Shown one piece after another: positions 34,237-44,364 of a stretch of 45,985 bases of DNA (position 1 is the first letter of the stretch; each line of letters opens with the position of its first letter). The DNA comes from an uncultured bacterium. Its GTDB lineage: Bacteria; DYJV01. The position numbers and the translations under genes were made by a program. The notes under the pieces are model-generated. The model saw only the letters and a list, made by a program, of their open reading frames with translations. It did not search any database and was not told the DNA's origin. The stretch covers positions 1-45,985 of the forward strand of contig CAZIZE010000053.1 in the NCBI GenBank assembly GCA_964543655.1. Direction: 5' to 3'.

Positions 34237-36159
34237 ATGAAAAGATATTTATTTTTAATATTAATATTTTTTACTTCACAAATATTTGCATCTGATATTT
34301 TATTTTACGACCTACCAAAAGTAGTATCTTCTACTGCTTTAACTCAAGATATTACAACTGAGTACAATCCTGACATTGAAGTTTTTACAGCAAAGGATAT
34401 AAAATTATTTGGAGTTGAAAATATCCCAGATCTTTTCTCTCTATTCCCCGGTGTTAATATGTACCGTTCGAACACTTCCACTGTGAATATTGGTATTAGA
34501 GGTTTTTCAGCTTTAATGGATGCTTCTCCTACAGTGCTTATTGATGGACAGGAGGTTGAGGATAGATTTTTAACAAAGCAATATTTTTATAATTTACCAA
34601 TAACCATTGAGGATATAGACAGAATAGAAGTGGTGAAAGGTCCATCATTTTATTCTGATTCTTTTAATTCACCAGCAGGATTAATAAATATAGTTACCAA
34701 ATCTCCTGAGCTACTTGGAGCCAATTATGTTACAGGAGTTGCTGGCTCAGAATCATTGAGAAAGTTTAATTTTTCAATTAACAGGTTTATTGCAAAAACT
34801 TATTTTAAATTAACAGGTGAGATAAGAGGAATTGATGATTATAACAGAACTAAGAGAGATAATAAAAATAAATTTATTAATCTCACAGCTACAAAATTTA
34901 TTGGAGAAAATTCTCTTATTTATATGAAGCTAAGCTATACAAAATCTTATGGTGTTTTTAAAAGTGATTTTATGTATGAATTTTTTTATAAACCTATGAC
35001 ATTCCCATATCAGGTAAAAGCAGAAAATGCTAAAAATAAAACTTTTTTTATTAGTTACAAATATCCATCTTTTGAAGCTTCATTGTATTATGCGTATAAC
35101 AGGGCTTATATAAAAACTGATTCACCTGTTGGTGCTGAAAATTCTATTGGGAAATCAGATTTTTACAAATTTAATATTAAAAAAAGCATCAATGTAGCTA
35201 AAAATGACATTACATTGGGGTTTGAAAGTAGATTTTCCAAGCTTTCTTTAGGTATGTATAATAAAAGCAGAACTGAAAATTATATTTTCTATGTTAAAGA
35301 TAAATTTGATTTTTCTAAAAATGTAACTTTAAAAGCTTTAATTAAAAATGATAAGCCAAAAGATTATGGAAAAATTTTTACCTATTTTTTTAGTGGAGAT
35401 ATTCATCCTGCTAATAAAAAATATGGGATAAATTTTAGTTATTCAAAGAGTGTTCAATTATTAGGGGATTTTTACAAATATTTTAATTTTAAGATGGATT
35501 TACCCAAAGTTGCTCGTGATGCAGTTCCAATAAATGTAAAAGATGTAGAAATGTTTTCAAATAAAAATCTTAAAGCAATTAAAGTTTATTCAACAAATCT
35601 AACTTTTTATTATTCAAATAAAAATTTTACATTTAATACCAAATTATATTACAATAGATTTAAAGACATGGTTAGTATTGATGGTAATGTGGATTTTTCT
35701 GATTTATTTAATCCTTCAATTACTTTTAAAGCAGAAAATAACTATGGATTAATTGTTCATGGTTTTGAAACAGATGTTAAATATAAGTTTTCAAGATACT
35801 TAAAACTCTATGCATCATACTATTTACAACAATCTAAAATAAAAGGAAAAGTTGCTGATTATAACCATTTTTCAAAATATTTTATGATGCCAAAATATAG
35901 AATTATTTCAGGGTTGATTTTTAAAAATAGCTATTTTTCTGGTAGCCTATTTGTTTCAAATATGCCCAAAATAGAGCAAATTGCTGGCTCATCAGATGAT
36001 TATACAGAGGTTGATTTAACACTTAATAAAAATTTTTATAAAAATAAGCTTGAATGTATTTTTAGAATTAGAAACCTTTTGAACAACGTCCACAGAGAAA
36101 AGGAAAATGGATTAAATATTGATAGAGGATTTTTTGTAAAGGTTAAATATAACTTCTAA
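34237..36159 (+). CDS. TonB-dependent outer-membrane receptor
   Basis: Signal peptide from ATG 34237 (MKRYLFL...IFA); plug motifs IPDLF...PGV, IRGF, VLIDG, DIDRIEVVKGP; C-terminal ...VKYNF. Confidence 0.9.
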   Translation: MKRYLFLILIFFTSQIFASDILFYDLPKVVSSTALTQDITTEYNPDIEVFTAKDIKLFGVENIPDLFSLFPGVNMYRSNTSTVNIGIRGFSALMDASPTVLIDGQEVEDRFLTKQYFYNLPITIEDIDRIEVVKGPSFYSDSFNSPAGLINIVTKSPELLGANYVTGVAGSESLRKFNFSINRFIAKTYFKLTGEIRGIDDYNRTKRDNKNKFINLTATKFIGENSLIYMKLSYTKSYGVFKSDFMYEFFYKPMTFPYQVKAENAKNKTFFISYKYPSFEASLYYAYNRAYIKTDSPVGAENSIGKSDFYKFNIKKSINVAKNDITLGFESRFSKLSLGMYNKSRTENYIFYVKDKFDFSKNVTLKALIKNDKPKDYGKIFTYFFSGDIHPANKKYGINFSYSKSVQLLGDFYKYFNFKMDLPKVARDAVPINVKDVEMFSNKNLKAIKVYSTNLTFYYSNKNFTFNTKLYYNRFKDMVSIDGNVDFSDLFNPSITFKAENNYGLIVHGFETDVKYKFSRYLKLYASYYLQQSKIKGKVADYNHFSKYFMMPKYRIISGLIFKNSYFSGSLFVSNMPKIEQIAGSSDDYTEVDLTLNKNFYKNKLECIFRIRNLLNNVHREKENGLNIDRGFFVKVKYNF

Positions 36160-36160
36160 T

Positions 36161-36934
36161 ATGATTAAAAAAATACTATTTTTAATAATATTTTTTATTT
36201 TTTTCATATCTATATCCAATGCAGAGGTTGCATACATTCCCTACAACACCCATGAGGGAAATTTATTTATTTCCGGGATAAAAAAGATTATTCCTGATAT
36301 TTCTATTTTCAACAGTGAAAATATTAATGATAATATTAAAATAATTTTAACTATGAGTTTAAAAGATTATCTAAATATTAAAGTTACAAATAAAAAAATT
36401 TTTGCTGCTTTTTTAGATGATTATGTAAAAGGATTAAACAATACAAAAAATCTTATTGGTGAGTTTATCCCGGATTTTCCATATTATCAGATTATTATGA
36501 AAATTAAAGAGCATTATCCCCATATTAATAGTATTGGAATAGTTTTGCATAATGAAAGATTAATAAAGAAAATAGCAGGGTTAAGAATTTATTCCCCTTT
36601 AATAAAAATTTATGAAGTTACCAATAGACAGGAGTTATTTTATAAGTTTAATCAAGCTGTTAGAAATAATGACTTTATCCTTTTAGTGCCAGATAACTTT
36701 ATTTTCAATTATTTTAGTATTCAAAAAATTTTAAAAATTTTAAATAACAACGATATAATATATGGTGGCTATTCAAAAGCTTTTTTAAAATATGGAGCTT
36801 CAATGGGGTTTGAAATAGATTATTATAAAGAAGGTGTTAAAGTAGGTCATTTTTTGAAAAATTACAAATGTATGGATGAAAAGAAAATAAAAATATTCTA
36901 TCCTGACAAAATAGAATACTTTTTTAATGATTAA
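36161..36934 (+). CDS. Exported protein, ABC substrate-binding/YfiR-like
   Basis: Signal peptide; 'PHINSIGIV', 'ILLVPDNFIFN', 'GYSKAFLKYGA...IDYYKEG' resemble the ABC_sub_bind family; no permease or ATPase nearby. Confidence 0.6.
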   Translation: MIKKILFLIIFFIFFISISNAEVAYIPYNTHEGNLFISGIKKIIPDISIFNSENINDNIKIILTMSLKDYLNIKVTNKKIFAAFLDDYVKGLNNTKNLIGEFIPDFPYYQIIMKIKEHYPHINSIGIVLHNERLIKKIAGLRIYSPLIKIYEVTNRQELFYKFNQAVRNNDFILLVPDNFIFNYFSIQKILKILNNNDIIYGGYSKAFLKYGASMGFEIDYYKEGVKVGHFLKNYKCMDEKKIKIFYPDKIEYFFND

Positions 36935-36942
36935 CTGGCAAA

Positions 36943-39900
36943 ATGAGAAAAAAATCAATAGTATCAAATATTACAAAAATATCACTGCTTTTGTTCTCTC
37001 TATTTACTATATTTGTTATAATTGTTGTAACATTTTCATATTACAAAAATTATATTGATAATCTAAACTTTCTACAAACCAAATCTTTTGACAATTATAA
37101 AAATATTATTTCCAAAACATGTGATAATATTTTAACCCGTTATGAAATTGAATATAAATTAGGTATATTAAATAAAAGACAAGAAATTAAAAATAGAGCG
37201 TATTTTGCATATTCTCTACTTCAGAACTTATACTTTAGCAACAAAGATAAACTTTCCCTTAAAAAAATGAAAGAATATGCAATAAACCTTCTTGATTTAA
37301 TAAGGTTTGACAATGGAATTGGTTATTATGATATATTTGATGTGAATGGAGATGTTGTCCATTCTCCATATATTAACAATTATGAGGTTGCAGCATTTCA
37401 AAATATTCTTGTAAATATAAAAAATGGCAATAACAAATTTTTTATTGTTAACTGGGTTCATCCCTTTAAAAAGAATAGCTTGAGTCCAAAGATAATTTTT
37501 GGAATATATTTTGAAAAATTCAAATGGATAGTAATTACAGGGTTTTATATTAATGATTTTCAAAAGTCTTTTGATAAGCAATTTATTGCTAAAATTAATG
37601 TATTGAAAATTCCTGTTAACATTGGATTATTAATTTTAGGTAAGAAAAATAATATCCTCGCAAAAGTTCAGGTTCCTAACAAAGGATTATTGGAGAAATT
37701 ACAAAATGTAAAAGATGTTGATAAATTTAGCTTTATTTCATGTAATAATTTACACTATACTGTATTTAGCAACAGAATATTTGCAAATGGTTGGAGGGTA
37801 ATAACATATTTCAATAATGAAGTTGTTGAATCAAACTTTGCTCAAACCAAGAAAAAATTATTAAAAACTTTTTATATGCAGTTAATAATAATTTTATTAG
37901 CTACTTTTATAAGTTTCATTCTCTTTTTATATTTTATAAAGAATTTTAGATTTTATCTATTTTCTCAGTTTAACAAGTTAATCGACTTTATTAAGAAAGT
38001 TCCAGAAAATTATGAAAAGATTAATTTAGATGACCTTGACTTTTATGAAATTCATGAAATAGCAAAATATACAAATGAGATGGTTGATACAATAAGCCAT
38101 TTAAACAAAGAAAAAGAGGCAATACATAAACAGGTTGTTAAAGAGAGGAATTTTTTAAATACAATTCTTGAAAATTTACCAATAGGAATAACTGTTTTAG
38201 CCTCTGATTTAACAATAGAGTATGGAAACAAAATATGTTTTGATATGTTGGATTATGATTCCTCTGTAATTGGTAAACATTTTGACCTTTTTATTCCAGA
38301 AGATATTTCAAAGGAAAAATTTCTTTTACCTCAAATTTTAGAAGAGGTTAAAAAAACATTAAAACCTTTAAAATTAGAGAAAATTAAATTTTTCAAAAAA
38401 GATGGTTCACCAATTTATGTATTTTTCTCAGTTGCTCCAGTAATTTCTGAAGATAAAAAGCAAGTTGACAAATATGTAATGTTATTTTTTGATATAACAG
38501 AAGAAGAGAAATTAAAAAGAGAGATATTAAAATTAAATAGAGCTGTTGAAAATGCACCTATTTCAATTGTGATAACCAATACAAATGCTGAAATAGAATA
38601 TGTTAATCCATTTTTTGTTGAAACTACAGGTTATTCATTAAATGAAGTAAAAGGGAAAAAACCAAGTTTTTTTGGAACTACTCATAATAGACAATTCTAT
38701 CAAGAGATTAGAAAGAGCCTTTTAAAAGGAGAAACCTGGTCTGGTGAATTTTTAAATAGGAAGAAAAATGGAGAAGAATTCTGGGAACAAACCTTAATTG
38801 CACCAATAATAAATGAAAAAGGTGTTGTTATAAATTTTGTTGCAGTTAAAGAAGATATTACAGAGAGGAAAAATTTCATTGAGCAATTACGAATTGCAAA
38901 AGAGAAAGCAGAGCTTGCCAATAAGGTTAAATCTGAATTTCTTGCAAACATGAGCCATGAGATAAGAACACCGATGAATGCAATTATGGGTTTTATTGAT
39001 CTTGTTTTAAATACTAATCTTGAAGAAAATCAGAGAAAATATCTTGAAATTGTTAAAGAATCAACAGAGAATCTATTGAGAATATTAAATGACATACTTG
39101 ATATTTCAAAGTTTGAGTCATCAAAAATGGAATTTGACAACAAGCCTTTTAATTTAAAAAGATTTATCAACAATTCATGCCAGATATTTTCAAGTAAAAT
39201 ATATGAAAAAGGTCTTGATTTTAAAATAGAGATTGATGAAAATATCCCTGATGTTTTAATAGGTGATGAAGTTAGAATAAGTCAGGTTCTTAATAATCTC
39301 CTTAATAATGCAATAAAATTCACAGAAAAAGGAAGAATTTCATTAAAAGTAAAGGTTTTAAATATAGAAAACAATTTAGCAGAAATTTTATTTAGCATTA
39401 GTGATACAGGTATAGGAATTCCAGAAGATAAGATAGATGCTATATTTGATGCATTTACTCAGGCAGATGGCTCAATAACAAGAAGATTTGGTGGAACTGG
39501 CTTGGGTTTAACAATTTCATCAAAAATAGTTCAGGAATATCAAGGTAAAATCTGGGTTGAAAGTGAGGAAGGAAAAGGTTCCACTTTTTATTTTACATTG
39601 AAGTTACCTGTTTCCCATGTTAAAATTGATGAACATGGCAAAAAGGAAGATAAAAAAGTAATTTTTTCTAAAACCAAGCCTGATATATTAGTTGCAGAGG
39701 ATAATGAGACCAATCAAATATTAATAAAAGAATTATTAACATCTATAGGGATTAATGTTACCATTGCAGAGAATGGCCTTGAAGCTATAAAGATTCTTTC
39801 TGAAAAGGATTTTGATTTGATATTTATGGATTGGCACATGCCTATTATGGATGGTGTGGAAGCACTTGAAATTTTAAGAGCTGTTGAAAAAGGTAAAGAG

Positions 39901-40431
39901 GTTGCAAATAGCAAAGTTTCACCTGAAATTTTAGAAAAATTAAAGGGTAGAAAGTTTAAAATTGTTGCTTTAACAGCAGCTGCAATGAAAAAAGAGAAAG
40001 AGGCGCTTCTTAAAAAAGGGTTTGATGATTATATCTCAAAGCCTTTTAAAGTTGAGGAGCTTAATGAGATTTTATTGAAATATTTAGGTAATAAACTTGA
40101 TAAAAGCAGTACTGGGTCAGATAAAAAAATTGATTTAAGTTACATAAAAAAATTGGTTGGTGATAATGAGCAGTTGGTTAATAAAATTTTGAATTCATTT
40201 AAGAGTACTTATGCAACTTCAATTGAAAATATTAAAAAAGGATTAAGTAAAGAGAATTTTGATGAAATTTACACAAATGCCCATACTTTAAAAGGCACAG
40301 CCTTTAACATTGGCTTTAATGAAATAGGAGAAATTGCAAAAGCAATTGAAATGGCATCTAAAAATAAAGATATTGAGGAAATAGAAAACCTTTTAGAAAA
40401 ACTTGAAGAAATAGGAGAGTTGATTCCTTGA
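36943..40431 (+). CDS. Hybrid sensor histidine kinase (TM-Cache-TM-PAS-PAS-HisKA-HATPase-REC-HPt)
   Basis: FLANMSHEIRTPMN H-box, NLLNNAIKFT, DTGIGI, GGTGLGL, IFMDWHMP receiver, AHTLKG HPt; two PAS/PAC repeats. Confidence 0.95.
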   Translation: MRKKSIVSNITKISLLLFSLFTIFVIIVVTFSYYKNYIDNLNFLQTKSFDNYKNIISKTCDNILTRYEIEYKLGILNKRQEIKNRAYFAYSLLQNLYFSNKDKLSLKKMKEYAINLLDLIRFDNGIGYYDIFDVNGDVVHSPYINNYEVAAFQNILVNIKNGNNKFFIVNWVHPFKKNSLSPKIIFGIYFEKFKWIVITGFYINDFQKSFDKQFIAKINVLKIPVNIGLLILGKKNNILAKVQVPNKGLLEKLQNVKDVDKFSFISCNNLHYTVFSNRIFANGWRVITYFNNEVVESNFAQTKKKLLKTFYMQLIIILLATFISFILFLYFIKNFRFYLFSQFNKLIDFIKKVPENYEKINLDDLDFYEIHEIAKYTNEMVDTISHLNKEKEAIHKQVVKERNFLNTILENLPIGITVLASDLTIEYGNKICFDMLDYDSSVIGKHFDLFIPEDISKEKFLLPQILEEVKKTLKPLKLEKIKFFKKDGSPIYVFFSVAPVISEDKKQVDKYVMLFFDITEEEKLKREILKLNRAVENAPISIVITNTNAEIEYVNPFFVETTGYSLNEVKGKKPSFFGTTHNRQFYQEIRKSLLKGETWSGEFLNRKKNGEEFWEQTLIAPIINEKGVVINFVAVKEDITERKNFIEQLRIAKEKAELANKVKSEFLANMSHEIRTPMNAIMGFIDLVLNTNLEENQRKYLEIVKESTENLLRILNDILDISKFESSKMEFDNKPFNLKRFINNSCQIFSSKIYEKGLDFKIEIDENIPDVLIGDEVRISQVLNNLLNNAIKFTEKGRISLKVKVLNIENNLAEILFSISDTGIGIPEDKIDAIFDAFTQADGSITRRFGGTGLGLTISSKIVQEYQGKIWVESEEGKGSTFYFTLKLPVSHVKIDEHGKKEDKKVIFSKTKPDILVAEDNETNQILIKELLTSIGINVTIAENGLEAIKILSEKDFDLIFMDWHMPIMDGVEALEILRAVEKGKEVANSKVSPEILEKLKGRKFKIVALTAAAMKKEKEALLKKGFDDYISKPFKVEELNEILLKYLGNKLDKSSTGSDKKIDLSYIKKLVGDNEQLVNKILNSFKSTYATSIENIKKGLSKENFDEIYTNAHTLKGTAFNIGFNEIGEIAKAIEMASKNKDIEEIENLLEKLEEIGELIP

Positions 40432-40455
40432 CAATGAATATTTATTAACTAAAAT
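40428..40455 (+). promoter_or_regulatory. Sigma70-type promoter for the DUF3365-MCP-gmhB genes
   Basis: TTGACA 40428-40433 (contains the kinase TGA stop), 16 nt, TAAAAT 40450-40455. Confidence 0.6.
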
Positions 40456-40487
40456 ATAAAAATATATTAAATTAAAGGGGGGGAGTT

Positions 40488-41225
40488 ATGAAAAAGATTG
40501 CAATATCATTAGGTATGGTTTTTATTTTTGTGATTTCTATTTTTGCAATGTCTGTTAATGATGCCAAAATCAAGGCAAAACTTATAGCTGAATTTCTACA
40601 TCTTGGAAGGGTTACTGTTGCTCAAAGTTTAAAAAAGTATAAAATAAATGATCCAAATATTGGCTACAAAGGTTTTAAGTGTGATTGGTTTATTCAAGAA
40701 ATTAACAAAAAATTTAAAAAGAAAACAGGGATTGATATTATTGCAGGCACCAGCAAAGAGAAATTGCCAGAAGGCACAATGGATATTTTAAAAACTCTAC
40801 TTGCTGGTAGCAAAAAGGTTTGTGAAGATAATCAGGTTTTGATTAATACACCAGGTATTGGATTTAAAGGATTTATACCTGCAAGTTATGGAAGGCAGCT
40901 TGGTGATTATTTTAAAGCAAAAACAGGTATAACGCTTAAGCAAACCACTCTTCCTTCTACTTTAAGAAATACGTATAACAGACCTGATGATTTTGAAATT
41001 CAGGTTTTAAAAGATATGATTAGTGGAAAGTATAAAAAAGGAGAAATAGTAGCTAAAAAAGTAGGAGATAAGCTTAGATTAATGAGACCTATTTATATAA
41101 AGAAAGCATGTTTGCCTTGTCACGGTACACCAAAAGGAGCTATTGATATTGCTGGAAGAAAAAAAGAAGGCTACAAACTTGGTGATTTACGTGGAGCTAT
41201 AAGTGTTACTATCCCGTTGAAATAG
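40488..41225 (+). CDS. Stand-alone periplasmic DUF3365/Tll0287-like c-type heme protein
   Basis: Signal peptide; [24 protein letters not shown] heme motif, [16 protein letters not shown]. Confidence 0.88.
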   Translation: MKKIAISLGMVFIFVISIFAMSVNDAKIKAKLIAEFLHLGRVTVAQSLKKYKINDPNIGYKGFKCDWFIQEINKKFKKKTGIDIIAGTSKEKLPEGTMDILKTLLAGSKKVCEDNQVLINTPGIGFKGFIPASYGRQLGDYFKAKTGITLKQTTLPSTLRNTYNRPDDFEIQVLKDMISGKYKKGEIVAKKVGDKLRLMRPIYIKKACLPCHGTPKGAIDIAGRKKEGYKLGDLRGAISVTIPLK

Positions 41226-41277
41226 TGCTAAAAATAGGCTTGCTCAGCTTTATAAATTTTACAAACTGGAGTTCTTT

Positions 41278-43581
41278 ATGAAAATAAGGACAAAAATATT
41301 GCTCAGCTTTCTAATCCTGCTGATTTTCATTATAATTAATGGAATTTATTCTTTTTTTTCTTCAAGAAATATTATTTCAAATATTGATTTTATTCATGTT
41401 AATGTTTTTAAAAAAGCATCTGATATTTATAAAATTAAAGCAACCCTTGATAAAATAAAAGATTTGAGAAAAGTTTTTCTATTAACATCAGCTACAGATA
41501 CAAAAAAGGAAATTGAAAAAAAGTATAAAAAGCTTTTTAAAGAGATTAATTTAGTAAAAATAGAGGTTTCTTCAAAAAGTATTCAGACAAATTTCTTAAA
41601 ATTAATTAAAGAGATTAAAAAGTATAAGAAGGCGAATAATTTTCTTGACAATATTTTAATGAAAGCTCCAAATCCTGTTGTAAAACAGGTTATACTTGCA
41701 CAAAAAGAGAAAGATATTTTAAAAATAGAAAAAAATTTAGACCAGATAATTCAAAATATTATAAATGAATTTAACCTTCAGTCCAAATTAAGAATTAATG
41801 ATATTAGAAAATCTGCAAAAAATAATGTTTTGATTACAGCTCTTTTTGCTGGAATTGCAATTATTTTGGTGTTGGTGCTGACAATTCTTTTATCAAGAAT
41901 TATTACCATTCCTCTTGAAAAGGTTTCTGCTATTATAAAAAAACTTACAGAGCAGTTCTCAAAAGGTGAAGGTGAGCTTACAGAGCGATTAGCTGTTAAA
42001 GGAAAAGATGAAATTGGTGAAATAGCATTAAATTTCAATATATTTCTTGATAATTTAACTAAAATTTTAATAAAAATCAAAAATTCAAGTGCTACTGTGA
42101 AAGAAACTTCCATAAACCTCTCTGAAAATTCTGCAAAAATTGATAGTAGCAGTAATATTTTAATAACATCTCTTGAGAATGTTGCTCAATCAGTTAATGA
42201 TATTACTCTTGTTTTAAAAAACCTTGCTCAGAATGCTTCTAATCTTGCACAAAAAAGTAAAATTTTAAGAAGTGAGCATGAAGATGTATTCAATTCAATA
42301 GAAGATATTGGCAATTATATTTCCAAACTTAATGTAGAAGTAGAAAATATTAGTAAAAACTCCCATTTAATATTTTCAAATTCTACAAAATCTAAAGACA
42401 ATTTTTTAAAAACTATAGATATTATTAACTCTTTTAATGACAGTTTACATAGTATTACAAATGCAATTGATACTGTTAAAGATACAATAATTAAAATTAG
42501 CTCCTTTACAGAAGAGATAGCAGCTTCAATAGAAGAACAGTCAAGAAGTATAGAAGATGTGTCAAAAAGCTCTGAAACAGCATATGAAATATCAGAAATA
42601 TCAGCAAATGAGGCTGAAAACTGTAAATTAGAGATGTCCAAAGTTATGGATAAGGTGCATAACCTTGGTGATGATATAACATCTCTTGGAAAAACCATGG
42701 AAAGATTGTCAGGAGCAGTAAAAGATATTGAGAAAATTTTACAGCTTATTGATGAAATCAGTGAGCAAACAAATCTACTTGCATTAAATGCAGCTATTGA
42801 AGCTGCAAGGGCAGGTGAAGCAGGCAAAGGTTTTGCTGTTGTTGCTGATGAGGTTAGAAAGCTTGCAGAGAGAAGTGCTCAATCTACTAAAGAGATTAAA
42901 GAGATAATCAACTCGATGGTACAGGAAACAGAAGAAGCATATTCAAAAAGTGTTAGTGGTATAAATGAAATGGAAGAGAGTATTAATCTTTTAAATAACA
43001 CTTCAGATTTGTTAAATAACCTTGTATTAAAATCAAATGAAACTAAAAATTTTGTTCATCAAATTTCCATTGCATCTTCAGAGCAGGGTGAAGTTATAAA
43101 AGGGATAACAATTTCTATTAATAATCTTGTTGATAAGATGAAGGATATTAATGAAAAAGTTGAAGTTGTATCAAATCAAGCAGAATCAATGCAAAATGAA
43201 TTTGTTAAAGTTGTGGAAATATCAGAGGAAACTTCCAATATGCTATTAGAGCTACAAAGTTCTTCTGAGCAGTTAAAAAATAATGCTGAAAATTTATACA
43301 AAGTTAATATTGAAACTGGAAAGGTTTCACAGGTTACCCTGGCGTGCTCAAAAGTTGCTCTTTTTGCAATTCAGGAGGTTGATGGTAGAATTTCATCTAT
43401 ACAAACAGGCACAGAAGAGCAAGCAAAAGCATCAGAAATTATTACAGAGTCAATTGAGGAGTTAAATAGCGTTAGTAAAACTCTTGGTAACATTGTAAAT
43501 GAAACAAATAAAGTTGTTCATGTGTTAAACAAAGAGTCTGACGAACTTGAAAAAATGGTTGGTAAATTCAAATTACTTTAA
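41278..43581 (+). CDS. Methyl-accepting chemotaxis protein with unusually long cytoplasmic domain
   Basis: TM-helical sensor-TM-HAMP (DEIGEIA); tip [40 protein letters not shown]; 767 aa. Confidence 0.95.
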   Translation: MKIRTKILLSFLILLIFIIINGIYSFFSSRNIISNIDFIHVNVFKKASDIYKIKATLDKIKDLRKVFLLTSATDTKKEIEKKYKKLFKEINLVKIEVSSKSIQTNFLKLIKEIKKYKKANNFLDNILMKAPNPVVKQVILAQKEKDILKIEKNLDQIIQNIINEFNLQSKLRINDIRKSAKNNVLITALFAGIAIILVLVLTILLSRIITIPLEKVSAIIKKLTEQFSKGEGELTERLAVKGKDEIGEIALNFNIFLDNLTKILIKIKNSSATVKETSINLSENSAKIDSSSNILITSLENVAQSVNDITLVLKNLAQNASNLAQKSKILRSEHEDVFNSIEDIGNYISKLNVEVENISKNSHLIFSNSTKSKDNFLKTIDIINSFNDSLHSITNAIDTVKDTIIKISSFTEEIAASIEEQSRSIEDVSKSSETAYEISEISANEAENCKLEMSKVMDKVHNLGDDITSLGKTMERLSGAVKDIEKILQLIDEISEQTNLLALNAAIEAARAGEAGKGFAVVADEVRKLAERSAQSTKEIKEIINSMVQETEEAYSKSVSGINEMEESINLLNNTSDLLNNLVLKSNETKNFVHQISIASSEQGEVIKGITISINNLVDKMKDINEKVEVVSNQAESMQNEFVKVVEISEETSNMLLELQSSSEQLKNNAENLYKVNIETGKVSQVTLACSKVALFAIQEVDGRISSIQTGTEEQAKASEIITESIEELNSVSKTLGNIVNETNKVVHVLNKESDELEKMVGKFKLL

Positions 43582-43583
43582 AA

Positions 43584-44111
43584 ATGCCCAAAGCTGTTTT
43601 TCTTGATAGAGATGGTACTTTAATAGAGGAAGTAAATTATCTTTCAGATTTTTCACAAATAAAAATTTACCCATTTGCATATGATGCAGTTAAGATATTA
43701 AATAAATTAAATTTTTTGGTGTTTATTATTACAAACCAATCAGGTGTAGGAAGAGGATATTTTAGTGAAAATTTTGTTAAGGAAACAAATAGAATTATTA
43801 TAGACGATTTTAATAATAAAGGAGCATTAATCTCAGATTTTTTTTACTGCCCACATCACCCGGATAATAACTGTAATTGCAGAAAACCAAATATAGGAAT
43901 GATAGAAAAAGCTGTTGCAAAATATAACATAGAATTAAGCAGCTCTTTTATTATTGGTGATTCTGATAAAGATGTTCAAACAGGTATAAATGCAGGTATT
44001 TTTCCTATACAGGTTTTAACTGGCCATGGCAAAGATAATATTTCTGATTCTGGAATAGTTTTACCTGATTTATACACAGCCTCTCTTTATATTCAAAATT
44101 TAGCAGTTTGA
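43584..44111 (+). CDS. gmhB: D-glycero-D-manno-heptose 1,7-bisphosphate phosphatase (HAD IIIA)
   Basis: FLDRDGTL, ITNQSGVGRG, CPHHPDNNCNCRKP, IGDSDKD. Confidence 0.88.
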   Translation: MPKAVFLDRDGTLIEEVNYLSDFSQIKIYPFAYDAVKILNKLNFLVFIITNQSGVGRGYFSENFVKETNRIIIDDFNNKGALISDFFYCPHHPDNNCNCRKPNIGMIEKAVAKYNIELSSSFIIGDSDKDVQTGINAGIFPIQVLTGHGKDNISDSGIVLPDLYTASLYIQNLAV

Positions 44112-44136
44112 CTTTTTTTCTCTACAATGATATTAA
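44108..44136 (+). promoter_or_regulatory. Putative promoter of tRNA-Arg
   Basis: TTGACT 44108-44113 (contains the gmhB TGA stop), 17 nt, TGa-TATTAA 44131-44136. Confidence 0.5.
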
Positions 44137-44147
44137 TTTGAAAATCT

Positions 44148-44221
44148 GCGCCTGTAGCTCAGCTGGATAGAGCGGCGGACTTCGAATCCGTAGGTTGGGG
44201 GTTCAAGTCCCTCCAGGCGTG
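44148..44221 (+). tRNA. tRNA-Arg (anticodon UCG), CCA not encoded
   Basis: Acceptor GCGCCTG/CAGGCGT, D arm GCTC/GAGC, anticodon arm GCGGA-CTTCGAA-TCCGT, T arm GGGGG-TTCAAGT-CCCTC, discriminator G. Confidence 0.96.
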
Positions 44222-44301
44222 CTTCTTTATTTTCACTTATTTTAGGTCTATACATTTCATTTTTTTGTAAATCAAAATAAAAAGAAAAATCGTATTAACC
44301 T

Positions 44302-44330
44302 CTTGACATTGTTAAAAACTTTCCTATTTT
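44302..44330 (+). promoter_or_regulatory. Promoter of hsp20 (sigma70- or RpoH-like)
   Basis: CTTGACA 44302-44308 and CCTATTTT 44323-44330. Confidence 0.5.
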
Positions 44331-44364
44331 AATTTTAGAAAAAAACAATACAGGAGGTGGAAAG

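Noticed and set aside
44148-44364. tRNA as an integration site for a genomic island
   Set aside because: No integrase, no duplicated tRNA 3' end and no compositional shift that I can see; the flanks are housekeeping genes.
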